From the NCBI RefSeq assembly GCF_000181795.1, contig NW_003526944.1, positions 2,807,504 through 2,871,503 of the forward strand: a stretch of DNA of 64,000 nt, read 5' to 3'. The position numbers and the translations under genes were made by a program. Source of the stretch: Trichinella spiralis. Its lineage: Eukaryota. The notes under the pieces are model-generated. The model saw only the letters and a list, made by a program, of their open reading frames with translations, was not told where the DNA came from and made no database searches. The stretch's first letter is position 1. Each line of letters begins with the position of its first letter. Positions 28,685 to 42,320 of this stretch are shown one piece after another.

Positions 28685-29899
28685 TCAAAAAAAGTACAGT
28701 TTAAAAATAAATAAAATAAACACAATGGCGAAAGTGACAACTCCAAGTTTCAGAATTGAACTGCGTGAATTTAAAATATGAGCATCTTTTTTATATTTCT
28801 GGCTCATAAACGCCAAATTTGCAGCTTTATCGTCCAAAACTACAACAGTGTAAAACTAAAAGATACACACACGCATAGATATATATGGACAATTGTAAAA
28901 CAAACTGTTCAAAGCTTCTCCACGATGTATGACTTCTTCGATATTTTGCACCATAATTCGTTGCACATCTTGCAATTCGGTATGCACTGCAGATAAATGA
29001 TGCCTATTTCTATAGTCGACATACTTGCGTTTCACATTTTGAATAACAGAGTCTAAAAGAAAAAAATATTAACAAGAAAATATGACAACAAAAAGCATAC
29101 CAAATTCAATAAAATGATACGGTCTGGTTACAGATTCAATTCGACTAGCATTTCCAGCGCAAAATTCACGAGCCAATTCTTCAAGATAAGCAAACGCAAT
29201 ATTCCTGGACATCGCTGCATCGCAAAGGCAAAGGTAGCAAACATTCTTATCAATAATATAGCTAAAATAGTTCTACAGAAATAACAGAACAACATAAACG
29301 AACGCTGGTATTAAAATAAAAATTATTCAAACAGTTCAACTAATTTTAAATGAAAATTCAATTCAAATACGAACGATAATTGAAGCTATGAAGAAAATTT
29401 CTTTATTACTGAAAGTAGTAATTTCCAGTTTCGAGACTACACTGCTTTGGTGATTGGTCATTCAGTTTCCGAAAGAGCATTTTCGCCTGACTTGTAAATT
29501 TCGAAATTCCAATATCAGACTAAAATTCAAAAATTTTATTATTAACTAAGGTAAGCTGTCGCAAATCAACAAAAAAAATTCAACATTCCGTAGAAAATAA
29601 AATTCAATCGGACTATGAATATAAGTTGAAATGCACGAACATGCTTACATGGCATTTGAAAAAAATAACATGCATAAAACAATAAAATGGAATATTAATT
29701 TATGAAAAAATACTGACTGCTTAAAAGTAGAATCGAAATAAATTTTCGGATATTTTTTTACTAAAATTCAACTACAAATGTGCGACCAGAAACACATTTT
29801 GTAAATTCAAAAAATTCAAATTACCTGTTCATCACCTTCAATCGATGTGGCCAACGGCAGTCCATCCCGAACACGCGCAATTAATGTCATGTGAATCAT
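28685..29899 (-). CDS. SEC22B: Vesicle-trafficking R-SNARE SEC22 (longin + SNARE + TM), 5 exons
   Basis: MIHMTLIARVRDGLPLATS; AFAYLEELAREF; VTRPYHFIEFD; ELQDVQRIMVQNIEEVIHRGEAL; C-terminal TM GVVTFAIVFILFIF. Confidence 0.95.
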
Positions 29900-30332
29900 G
29901 ATGCCTCTTTGCCTCCGAGTTTCGTCATGAAAAAATGTATATAATACCGTACACAAATGACACTCATGTTTATCAAATAAATACTGTAAAGGATACATTA
30001 GTGACAATCAAATTTCAACAATTTTCAAATAAAAACCACTAGTCACTTTGTTAATAGCATTATAAATCAAATTTTTTAATATTTTAAGTTCAAGAAATAA
30101 AATATATAACTTCGTTAATATGCACATATCATTATCATTATCGAAACAGAAGGTAGTTATTAATGAAACTTTTCATTTCGTCGTTCGATTAATATATTCC
30201 ATTAAAAGTATCAAAGAACAAGAACATGCATCATTATTATTTACTTCGCTTCTATAAATGAACAATCATGTATATTGTAAGAATATTTTCTCCACAGATC
30301 ATGAAGAAATTAAAATTCTACGCTACTACAAA

Positions 30333-30746
30333 TCAAAGATCATCTTTAACAGAAAATGATGAACCGCAAGAGCATCCTGTATCAGCATTTGGATTCTTCA
30401 CCACTCGAAAGGTAGAACGAATCATCTCTTCGTGAAAATCAATAGTTGCGCCATTCATGAAACTTAACGACAAATCATCTATAATTACTTTCGCTCCGTC
30501 CTTTTCAAATATGTGATCTTCTTCAGAATTCACAGTATCCACTAAATTAAATTTGTATTCATATCCAGCGCAGCCCCCGCTATCAACAATCACTCTCAAG
30601 TATTCATTCGGAGATGCTATTTTTTTTAAACGATCAACACATCTCTCCGAAATGATAATAAAACGCTTGGCTGGAGCTATGCCTGAGTAGGCATACTTGA
30701 GTACAGGACGAGCCAGCGTTGCAAATATACAAGTCGTGAAAATCAT
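30333..30746 (-). CDS. ISCA2: Iron-sulfur cluster assembly 2 homolog (A-type carrier), single exon
   Basis: LRVIVDSGGCAGYEYKF, GATIDFHEEMIRSTF, NPNADTGCSCGSSF. Confidence 0.93.
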   Translation of the reverse strand: MIFTTCIFATLARPVLKYAYSGIAPAKRFIIISERCVDRLKKIASPNEYLRVIVDSGGCAGYEYKFNLVDTVNSEEDHIFEKDGAKVIIDDLSLSFMNGATIDFHEEMIRSTFRVVKNPNADTGCSCGSSFSVKDDL

Positions 30747-30927
30747 AAGGAACAAACAATGGCGAACTTTACAATTTCGCTGAAAGTATATTCAACAGTT
30801 TATCAGAAAAAAATAATATATACTGAAATATCACAAATAAATATTCTGTCTAGAAACTAGTGCAAGAACACATTCGAATTAGAGAACAAACGTTTTACTT
30901 GGCATATTTAATTCAATAAAAATACTG

Positions 30928-31511
30928 TCATGCGTCATGAATTGCTGTGCTCTGGGTGAGAGATTCTCTGTGGGATGATCGCGAAATGTTAAGACCAATT
31001 AGTGTCGCATCGGCTTCTAACAGTGTCAAGTCTTTGTCAGTGCCCAAAAATCTACTCGACAGTTCAAGATCATGCAACCTTATGAGCACCTCTGTTCCTG
31101 TTCGATAATTTCTGAAACTTCCAATTCGAGTTGAACAATAATTCAACAACTGCTTTCTTACTTGCTATCTTGTTTTGGTGCTTTGCAAACGCATTCAAAT
31201 TTTCCACCAAAATCAATGTACAAATCGTCATTGACGACTTGCGTAATTCGTCCTACCACCAATTTATCTTCTGCTTGGCCAAGTGAAACGAATTTCGACT
31301 GTCGAAATATGGTGGGAAATGCACTCTCAGAAGGCGATTCCACTTCCACCTCCTTCAAGCGTTCTTTCAAAAAACGGTCTAGGTTCAAAGAAAATTTCTC
31401 CTTTTCTGAACAAAGTTGTCTGCTATTCGTAATTGAAACAGAAAATGAGAATAATTTGCAAATGTTTGCTTGCACGATCGATTTGTATGAAAAAATATTC
31501 CTAAAAATCAT
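30928..31511 (-). CDS. MRPS28: Mitochondrial ribosomal protein S28 (bS1m), 2 exons
   Basis: [62 protein letters not shown]. Confidence 0.93.
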
Positions 31512-32876
31512 CTCATTACAATCATAAACAACAATATGAAAAATGATGATTAGGTTTCTTTTATACTGTAGGAGTAACAATTATAGATAAATGTTAATTT
31601 TTCTATTCATTAGTACACTGTATATATTTAATTTTTCAAACAGTTAACAGTAAAATTCAAACGTTTCTAAGCTGTATCATTTAATTTCTAAATTTCACAT
31701 TATTCTTCACCGCATCGCATTGAAAATATTGAAACATATTTTGTAAAATGCATTCCAAACTGTCATATATGTATTCCAATTTTGTACTTTTGAACTTACA
31801 GTTTAATGAAGAACTTTAATTGTACATGCATATACAATCACGATTACGGTCATTTGAATAGTATTGTACCATCAATAATATGGCTTTCTGAAAGTCAATT
31901 TTTTTTGAAATATAATTGTTTTCATTAAAAAAATGGTTCATTTAAAACGGCTTTATTAATTATCTTAGTTTGCGAATAATGTACGGAATGGAATCTTTGA
32001 AATTCACTCTTGTCATCCGAGCACGTGTTGTGGAAAAACAACGCGGCGAAGCATCTGCCAGCGCTTGTGTTGTGTGTGTTCAATGATGTTTCTCTGATGA
32101 TAAAATTTTATTCAGACTTGTAGAAGAAAACGAGCAAGTGCAAGATGTTCGTTTCGACATTTCTCTGATATCCATCTCTAATTTACATCACACAGAAAAT
32201 TTGAAACAAGTGGAAATTCAACCAATAACACATTATTACTACTTTTACATGACAACGAATAAGCCCAACCAAAATAAATATAAATATCCGCCCGAAAACA
32301 ATCTTTACTTAAATTTCAGTAGAAAAATTTGCATGCATCATAGTTGCCAGTTATTGAAAATTGTTCTTATTGAACGTTCTCGTAAAATCAATTGACCATC
32401 AGACAACAAAATGTAAAATGAAAATGTCAACAAACAAACAAACCAAATGAAAGCTTATAAAATAGATTGGTATCGAATTTTCGAAAATTGATTAAAAGTT
32501 TCGTGATGCATCACGTTTTAAAAAGGAAAACTTATTTTATGCTTCATCATGTTTTAACAAAGAAGGAGAATCTACATGTATATATAGATGACCTTTGAAA
32601 ATAAATAAAAGAATAAAGCACGCACATAATAAATGCGTGCTATATGATAATAATAATTTTTTAACAACCAGCCAGCCTGAGTTGAGCCTGCGCCAGCTTG
32701 TCACTTCACTTGCCACTTGTTGTTCCAAGCTGATCGACTAGGTCAAACAGAATGCTGATGAGAAAAAATTTTGTTCCAACGCAACTATTGAACCAATCAA
32801 AAAAAACAAGAAAACACAAAAAACAAACAATATTGGTTATATTAAATAAATTTAATTAAATTTCCCTCTCATCATC

Positions 32877-33730
32877 TCATAGCATTATTGAAGTGGTGGA
32901 CTGGATTGAATTTTTAGGGTCCACTTGACACCACTGGAGTCGCATGGCAGCTTTTGTGGACAATGCAGCGCAGAGAAACAGCAACAAAGCACTACCGATT
33001 AATAAATAATACGCCCAGCCGATTGTGCATTCGGCTAAAATGAGAAATTCAAAAAAAAATAAATCAGATTACTAAAAGAGAAAAATATACTTACATATAA
33101 AATATGGGCTTGCATTTCTTCCGCATGCTTCTTTCGTTTCCTTGTTGCCCCAACCCAACGGATAAAGTAAACAGCCAACGCAAATCAGTATCGCTGAAGA
33201 GAGTGAAAGTGCATACATAATAAGCCATATATATAAATATGATTTTTTTTCCAAAAAATGCAAAGCTTATATATATATATATAATATCAGTATATACCGG
33301 ATAGCATTTGAAAAATGCCAATCATACGTGCGCTGGTTCGAGTGACGACGTCTCGGGTACAGTATGCTGGCAGGGCAATGAACGCCATCAGCAGAGCTAG
33401 ACCGGTGCCTGTGCCGACGACGACAGTGGTAATTTTCCACCACAACGTTGGAATGTCTTCAAACGAAGCATACCGTCCGCATTGGAGTAGAATCTCTTGA
33501 CGCCATCCGGGCATTATCGGATGCTGGTGATCATGGGCGTTGGATGATGGCAGTGCCGATGGATAATTGCAACGACGAAACGAGCTGAACGATGTCGATT
33601 CTGTACGATCGTGCAAAGTCAAATATCCACACAACCAATACGGCATGTAGAAAGCAACTGCAGCAGTGGCAGCAGTAGCCAGTGACAACAACGACCACGC
33701 ATGACCAACAGTGGTCAGACTGGTTGTCAT
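32877..33730 (-). CDS. LHFPL: LHFP/LHFPL (lipoma HMGIC fusion partner-like) tetraspan membrane protein, 3 exons
   Basis: WSLLS...AFYMPYWL, FSSFRRCNYP, CGRYASFEDIP..WW, GCLLYPLGW...C, CTIGWAYYL; four hydrophobic segments. Confidence 0.88.
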
Positions 33731-34799
33731 CAAAATTATAATTTTATTTGTTTAAAATTAAAAAATATGCGTTGTTGTTGTTGTTTCAAATTTCCAAATA
33801 TTAATTTTTAATTACAATAATTAATGGGGATGACAAGTGAAGTTTTTCGAATTGTAAGCCAAAGAAATTGTGACCGCCGCTTTTCTTGAGCTGGCAAAAA
33901 GCAATTGAGTGTCGTGATTGGGAGAAAAGAAAGAAAAAGCCCGGCGCTGTTTGCTGCCGCTGTTTGCCTGCTGTCAAGCAAACGGCTCCAAAATGTTAGC
34001 TTGAATGAAACTCTCTCTCTCTCTCTTTCTTTCTGTTCATCAATGGCATCAACCAGTCACCGACCGCGTGCCAGTTGATTGACTGAAAACCAATGCTACT
34101 ACTGCATTAAGGCGCCCGAACGACCGTTATTGATTATAATAAACACACACACACACACCAATAATTATTATTCATCACTGGGAAAAATAATAATAATTTT
34201 CAATTTGTTCATTAAAACTTTAAAAAAAAACGATTTTGTTATTCAATTAAGCGTTACATTGCAATTTCTTATACGTATTTAATATCATTCAAAAGAATTA
34301 TCATTGAAATTGGAACACTTCATTCAACTTATAAATTTAAATAAAACTTTTATCACAACATTTTTTTTATTAATTTACATTACAACATTTTATATTAAAC
34401 AATTTACCCTTTTTCTTTCGTAGCTGGCTAAGCTTACTATATGCAAAAATGTACACTCAACTGGGATGGTGGTGAATAATTACAGTAACAAGAACTGAAA
34501 AGCAGTATTATATAATGCTGCAATTTTTATTTAATCACACTTCATCAACCGAAATTGCATTATATATAATCCCTCAATTGCGATCGTCAAAAATTCGATT
34601 ATATATTATTAAAAGTAGAAATCAATCAATCTATCTATCAATCAATTTTCGGTGATTTCTTTTTTGTCATTTTTTTCCAAAACTTATTCACCGCTACAGT
34701 ATACTAGACTATTGAAAGAGAAATAAAATTTTTTCCACTTGGCTCAGAAATTAATTAATTAATTAATTAAGGAAGAGATTATATATGTTGCTGCTAAAT

Positions 34800-37540
34800 T
34801 CAAAAATCACCATCGCACAGACCAGTTTTCTACAAAAAGAAAAAAAAAGAGGAAAAAATCCATCTTACTGTTACACTGATAAAAAAGAAACAACAATTAG
34901 TCATATTGTACAAACTTACGGTGCACGTTTTAGAAGTAAAAAGTTCTTCTTTCAGATGATTCATCAGCTTAGTCATCAAAGATCTCACATTTGCATAACA
35001 CTGAAAAAAATTAATTGAAAATATATTTTAAAAAGTGAATACATTTTACAATATATGTATATATATACAGTAGTGAAAAACTTTTCAACGCTAAACTTAT
35101 GATGAACAGAATACATTTTAAAATATACTTTTGAAAATGGTGAAAATAGGAAAAATACATACCTCGTGCTTTTTGAAGAACGACATCGATTCACAGCCTC
35201 GAATCAATTCAGTGCTCAACTGTTCCTCGAGTTCAAGCTCCTCTATATCATCCATAATATAGTCTGCCATCAGTTCGCAGGATTCGCAAGTCAGACGACG
35301 TCTCTGATTCGGGGTCATTTTCATAAGTTCTCGGCCTGAATGAAAATGGAAAAACATTTGCCACACCCTTTTATTCCGAATCGAATTGACCAAAAATGTG
35401 GAAATTAATATTAAAAAAGAAAACGAGAGAAATTACGTTCTGATATGGTGCACAAGTGAAGACGATCGCATGCTTCAGTTGGATTGAAGTTGTTCAAAAT
35501 GCTCTGAATGAATACCTTGAAGTAAATTTGCATGAAATCTGCACACTGAGCACTCCAGTCGCTGGAAAAGTGATTGCACATCTCAATCACCTCATTTGTA
35601 AGGGCATCCTTGATAAAATCAAGACCATTGTTAAAAAGAGTTTTAAAAAAAAGACATTTATAGGAAATTATATTATACCAAATAGTGACGGCTGAAGTAG
35701 TCGACGTAAATTTTTGTGCCATATTTGCACAATACGCAAACTGCCGGAATTCCGTAAGATGTTTTCACTGCACTTATAGATTCTTGGCGTGGATAAGAGG
35801 ACTATCGTTTTTGAAAAAAAAAATAAAGCAAGTTTTTAAAATATCAGCTTTTGCATATTATAATAAATAAACATGTTGACAGAACAGATATATATAAATG
35901 TATATCTACCTCTGTATTCAACACCCCTCCATATGGAAACAATGGCGTTCGTTCAATTTCGTTTGCAGCACTGCAAAAGCCGATTTTCTGGCAAACTGGT
36001 TTCGGGTTGCTCTGAAATATTTGAAAAATTAATATACAAGCATATTTGTAAAATATGCTTTTCATTTCATGTACCAAATAATCTAGAAGATCTTGAAACA
36101 ACGTTGGCGCATAGTTGTCAATAGCAGTTTCGCACTGAAATATATAAAAGTAATAATTGTTGAAAAAAAGTTGAAAATTTTCTCTTCGAAAGGTAATAAA
36201 ATATTTTCAAAAAAAATATTACCTCCTCTTTAACTTGCGGAATTACACGACAAATGCCTTTCGCAGTTTGAATAAGTTGTCGCTAAAAATAAACAACAGC
36301 AACAACAATAATAATAAATTTAAAATGATAATAATCATAAATATCACATGATACATTTTTTTGACTGAAATCATTAATTTTGTTGCAGAAATTTACAACT
36401 AGCTTTCAATAAACATTTGCAAAGAAAAAATATAGCCAAAAAAGCAAAAGGTGAGATTGTAAACTTAAAAATGAAAGCGGCTTACTTGGTATTCTTCGTC
36501 ACTTAATATTGATGCCGCTTCATTTGTCAAGAACAAGCATTCATCGCACAGAACGTCCACTGATTTAAACGGGTTGCGTATGACCTAAAAAAAACAGCTC
36601 ACAGTTTTCCACACAAGCAGATATATACAGATAGATGGATATTTTTGGCTTCATACTCCCTTTTCCAGTCGTCGACCGCGCATCTCTATGAATAAAATTC
36701 TATAACACAACGGGATTTCTTTGTTGGTGCAGAAATACATTTTGCGACAAACGTTCTCAGGATTTTCCTATAAAAAAACTATTAATATTCAAAATTTAAA
36801 AAATAAATATCATTTACCAAAGATTCTTTCATATTTTCCAATATCAAATCCAATCCTTCCACAGCTGCTTCGCACTGGAATTCAATGAAAGAAAAATGTA
36901 TTTTTTTTTGTAATTTAATACAAAATGCAAAGTCGTCTTCAATTAAAATCAACATCTACCTCTGCGATACGTTGAGTAGCTGCCATACATGCAGCTTTCA
37001 ATAACTTTTTCAGTTGTGCCTTAATGGAATAAGAAAAAAAAGGCAAAATTAAAGTGACAAATGAAGCTTAACTGTTCAACAATTTATCAGCATACCAACT
37101 TTTCCGGATTGTTAATAATATCTCTCAGTTCCATGATATAAGACTTGCACAATTCGCAGGTGTGATTGTTTCCACGAGATACGGGAGGCAATTTCCAAGA
37201 CAATTCCTGAAATAGTAGACCAAAGATGAAACTTGAATAAAAAGCAAAAAAACAAAACAAAACACAGACATCCGGTAACATTTCGACTGTGATTCCATCG
37301 ATGATCTTGTTGTCAAGTGGACGACCAATTTTCGGGATCGAATTCGTTTCCAACATCAACTTCTTGGTCCTGTACCAATCGGGATCGGCCTTCTCTTCTG
37401 TAATCACAATTCCATTCGTTGCTAAAATAAAAAAAAAGATATGCTAATTTTGATAATGCGATATTTAAAATAGAAATAAAAATGCCATGTTTACCAGAAA
37501 TGCAAACGAATAAAATTACAGCGACAATGTTGAAATGCAT
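34800..37540 (-). CDS. PSAP: Prosaposin-like protein with four saposin B domains, multi-exon
   Basis: Signal peptide MHFNIVAVILFVCIS; four SapB units beginning CELCK, CDEC, CVLCK, CESCE and ending in P..C...C motifs (PKPVCQKIGFC, PTEACDRLHLC, TCTKTGLC). Confidence 0.88.
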
Positions 37541-37844
37541 GTCGAGAGAAAGCAACTTGCTGAGAATGTTCTAAAAAGCAGCAAGTGACGAAGAAAAAGA
37601 GGAAGAAGAAGCAACGGCAGAAGCAGAAGCAGCAATAGCAACAGAGCAGTAGGAAGAAACAGAAGAAAGTGACTAGTGATTTGAGGAGAAAATGAAAACG
37701 AAGTCCATGAACAGAATATTAATAATATCGCTGCCGCTGGTGCTGGTGATTAAGTTTTTGCAGATTTATGATAAATATCAAACGCCGACAACTGTTGCCA
37801 AACTTGAACGACGACAGCAAATTCAAAAGCTAGCAGTTGTGCTG

Positions 37845-37854
37845 TTCACGTGAC
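37845..37854 (-). promoter_or_regulatory. CLEAR / E-box element (TFEB/HLH-30 site)
   Basis: GTCACGTGAA on the minus strand ~305 bp upstream of the prosaposin ATG; CLEAR consensus GTCACGTGAC. Confidence 0.55.
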
Positions 37855-38796
37855 AATCACAAGCTGCAAGCAACGGTGCCGGCGCTTTGTGCTTCTATCA
37901 ATCCACACTATACGTATAATTCTTTTTTTCCTCCCCTTCTGGTCCCTCTCTTCAAAATCTTCAGAAAAACCCTTCTGAGCAATTTCGACAGCAACAACAG
38001 CTGCTGAATCAACTGCAACAGCAAACGACCAACACCAGTTGACTGTATATTTATTTCGGTGCCGAAAATAGACGAAATTTATTGGCCCGTTCCAACCAGA
38101 AGCTTATCAAAATTGCAGATCTCACTGACAAACGCAAAAATGTGAATTTATTGCATCGCCTGATAGCACCGCTGTTTTTGCAATTGCTGTGATTCAAAAA
38201 TAGAAAAACGCTTTGCAAGAAGAACAATTCATCACCATCATCATCAAATTTTCTTCTCATCAACCATTTCAAGATGAAAAAAATTTGAAATTTTTAAAGC
38301 AAAAATGCTAATACATTAAACAACTTTTTTTAAATATAAAAGCAGAATTTCCTACTACGACAACGGAAAGAAAAAAAAAACATTTTCTCAAAGTCAACTT
38401 TTTTCTTTCATGAAATATAACATTACAAATCAGGAAGTAGTGAAGTAAATGAGACAAAAAATTCAAATGTCGCAGGAAGAATTTAAGCAACGTTAAGCAT
38501 AAACAAAATAGATCTTGATTATAATCACAAAATTGTTTATTAAAATTTAATCTGCATACTTGCATACTACAGTATTAGCTAAAATTGACCATCGTAACAA
38601 TTGAACAATGTTATTACAAAAACTTCTACCATTACAAGAGTAAATGAAACAATCTAGCAATAATCAATGGAATTTAGTCTTAAAATCTTAATTACCAGTG
38701 TTCGTCATAATTTCCATGACATCATCAGTTTAACATGAAACAACAAAATATTCTGAAATCTACAAAACCCTGCTTGCATAAATAAACAAAGAAATA

Positions 38797-38835
38797 ACGC
38801 TATACTATCAAGATATACGCTATACTATCAAGATA
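38797..38835. repeat. 20-bp period tandem duplication
   Basis: acgctatactatcaagata at 38797-38815 and 38817-38835. Confidence 0.9.
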
Positions 38836-41385
38836 GCTACGATTTAAAGATTACTTGCTTTATTACTTTAAAATTTCATAAATAAAATCACCCTTTTCTG
38901 AGCACATCAGTATTCTAGTAAATGAAAAAATATCTTTTATATAGCAAGGTCGAGTCTTCTGCAATAACATACATCAAAACATTAATGATGTCATTTTTGC
39001 TAAAAACTGCATCAATGATGTATTCGAACAGAAAATCATGCTAGGTAACTTATTGTAATAATAAAAGAAACAAAACTCTCGGAATGACTCAGAATTTCTG
39101 CAAGACTATACCTGAAGCTAGCGTTGAGAATAACATGAGAGAACCAAACTTTGCTGAACTTTACAAATATAATAATTGAACAATGTTACTGCTATTATCA
39201 AATGATTTTATCTAAATTTTATGCTATCTCACAGAATGATAAGATCAGAACGTGCTTGCAAGAACAGCTTGTAAAAAAATCATATTAAAAAAAAGTTAAC
39301 AAATAAACTGCCAAATATCATAATTGTATGCATGTAAGAAATTACTGCACGTATGACTTACCAAATTAATACGTTGATCATAAACTTTTTCACACGATAC
39401 GCCATGATGATGACGGTTAATAGTTAATCAGTTAATAACTGTTTCGACTGAATCGTGGGTCGATTGTAGCCCTAATGATAACAAATCACATTAATAAAAA
39501 TTAATTCAATTTCTTCCTAGCCATTTAGCCAGTATGTTCTTACAATTCCATTTTAAACCAACCCTAACGGCACAGATTTTAATACAAAACTGATACGCGA
39601 AACTGTTTATCTTTCAAAATCATTAATTATATATTTCTTCTACTAAAAATTTCAACTTTAAATGGAGAGAGCTATTTTTGATCAGTTATATTTGTTCTAT
39701 AGTGTTGTTATTTCATCAAATTTTCAAATACATCATTCTAATAGCTTATCAACAGTTTCGTTTAAACACTTTGACTTCAACCTTATTTGATAAAAGTTTA
39801 AATGAAATGTTAAATAACAAATGAATAATTTGCCTAGTCCTAAATCAACAGTTAAAACAGTTCCAATTGTTGATACCTTTCTTACTGAAGATGAATCTTT
39901 AAAGACAGAGCAACACAAATCAGCATATGCATGATTACTTACCTACCTGATGATTTTTTCAAGCTGCGACGTTGAGAAATATCACTGTTTGTATTGATAA
40001 TAAATTATCTTCTGATCATGAATTTAAATATCTGAAAAAATCAATGTACATTCCAGAACATCATGTACAATATGAAATGTGATAATCTTCAACAGAAGTA
40101 TGCAGCCCGTCGATTAATAAAAAATTATAGACATACCATGATTTCCGGATAATTTGCTTCTCAGACCATTTGGCAAAACATTCGTATCCAAAATGCTTTT
40201 TTCGAAATAATACATACAGTGTTTTCAGTAGTAAAACATACAGGATATTACGTAAAATTAAATGCAAAGTGTTTTCGCTTGAATTTGCCGTTTTACTAGA
40301 TACTTGAGTTTCAAATAAGAGGAACAAGAAAAACATAATTGTAATACAATTTCGTCCTAAAAAAAACAAAACAGAAGAAGCTCAAAGAGAAATGGATTAA
40401 GAGATTAGCAACAAGACAATGATGCGTGTGATACAATGACGATGAACAGTACTGTCTTAGAATTCATTATCTGTAGCAAACCTCCATTTATGTTTCATCT
40501 TTTATATTTTGTAATATATACTGTGAAATTATTACATAACGGATTCCATAGCATCGTTTGTATATCAAAGTAAATTACAGACAAAATAAGCCTATTTGTT
40601 TCAACTTGTCAATTTTGTCAAATCATTCATAACTAACCAGCTGGCTGTCTCTATACTGTACATGCCAATGCATGAATTGGATTAGCAATGCCAAGTCAGC
40701 CATAGTTTAAAAATTGGTCAAATTTTCAAAATAAATGTAATTTTGATCAAAATTTATGGCACTACCTTAACCGTACGTTGAATGTGACATGCAAGTTCAA
40801 TTACAATTTACGGCGTAACAATTACGCAATGCTGTATTACGCAATTTGAATGTAGTTAATTATAAAATGAAATCAGTTTGAGAAAGATACTAAATAATAA
40901 TAATAAAATTTTACTTTTTATGTAATTATGATTAATTTTTATTATTCCTTATTCATCTGACACAAATATGAACAAACTGTCGTAATGTCCTGCAATTTTG
41001 CTTAAATTAATTAATTAGAATATTTTAATTTTTTAATAACAGTTCGTAATTTTACTTTAGCAGAATTTGAATGTTTAAGCAATAAGCGAGACACTAGTCA
41101 CATTTGAACGTCAAAAGAGACTCAACCAATAATTCAAAAAACTCCTTACTTATCTTACAATTTTAATCACATTTTTACCGAACAAAAAAAAAATAAATAA
41201 ATCAAGTTAGTTGAAGTTATTAAAATGATGAAAAACTGCTTTCCATTGTAAAATAATTTTAACCACAATAGTATAATAGGCAGTTTTTTTCGAAAGAATC
41301 GGTTGCTGGGAATGTGCATTGCGTTGATTCAGATTTAATAGATGATTTCTTATTTTTATTGTTTAATTCACGTGAAAAATGAACA

Positions 41386-41930
41386 TTTAAATGAACTGAT
41401 TTGCAGGTGTTGCTAATTCTGTGCAGCCGATGATGGCGCCAATTTCTGTTTTGTAAGTTGAAAAGTCCTCTGAACAGTGACAATTGACTTCAATATTTGT
41501 AAAATATTTAAATTGCATCAAAAATATTTTGAAGAATTACAAGAATTTTTAAATTTTTTCCAAACAAGTACTTTATTGATAGCAAAAGGGATAAAACTTG
41601 AAAATCATTTACTTTTATCTTCAGCAGTTATTGCTAATTCGTACCGAGCTAGCTGCCGCGTGATAGTTTTTAAAACGTTTTCATTCTGATTTTGAATTTC
41701 TGCGATCGTTAATTTTGATTTATATATTTCAGTTTTCTACACACCGTGCTTTTTCCGTAAGCTGAGATGACGAAGGTATTGCAATATTTTTTTATGCTAC
41801 TTTTTTAACAGTCTGCATTTTTTATTTAACAGTAACGGTTGCTGCTCCTTTTTAGCTCTTTTTCTTCATCTTCATATACTTTACTTTCTGTTTTACAAAT
41901 TGCTTTTCCAATATCGTTTTATTCATTCTA
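41386..41930 (-). CDS. Possible hypothetical gene fragment
   Basis: Exon-like segment ~41737-41614 (KTEIYKSKLTIAEIQNQNENVLKTITRQLARYELAITAEDK) can join in phase 1 to ~41470-41386 (DFSTYKTEIGAIIGC...); model incomplete. Confidence 0.25.
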
Positions 41931-42320
41931 TGAAAAAAGCATATGTCAGCTGAGAGAAAGCAGTTTTTGAACATTATGATAAAAATTTGTTTTGTTAAAT
42001 CATAATAATACATGAATTGTTAACTTTTTAAAGATTTTCAGTTTCAAAATTGATTATGCTTGAACTTCATGTGGAGTTAGCAGTCAGCTGACTGTTGCTA
42101 TTATACGTTTCGCGGTTTCAGAAAATTTAAGCTTTTCTTTCTGAATTTTACATATTTCATCGCTAATATATTAAGGTTGGTGTGATTTGGTAAGTCACTT
42201 GTGACAGAGCAAGCAGAGAGGAGCGAACGTTGATTCATTCCACATTTATTGTACAGTTGAATTTTCCAAGAGATATTTCCTATATTATTGTGTAGATATT
42301 GAACAGAAATCATTTAGCGA

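Noticed and set aside
39393..39457. C/D-box snoRNA-like pattern (ATGATGA...CTGA flanked by CACGAT/ATCGTG)
   Set aside because: Only ~37 nt between the boxes, the stem is offset from box C, and no rRNA guide was recognised
39733..40369. Short minus-strand ORFs with splice-like sites
   Set aside because: Could not be joined into a consistent reading frame
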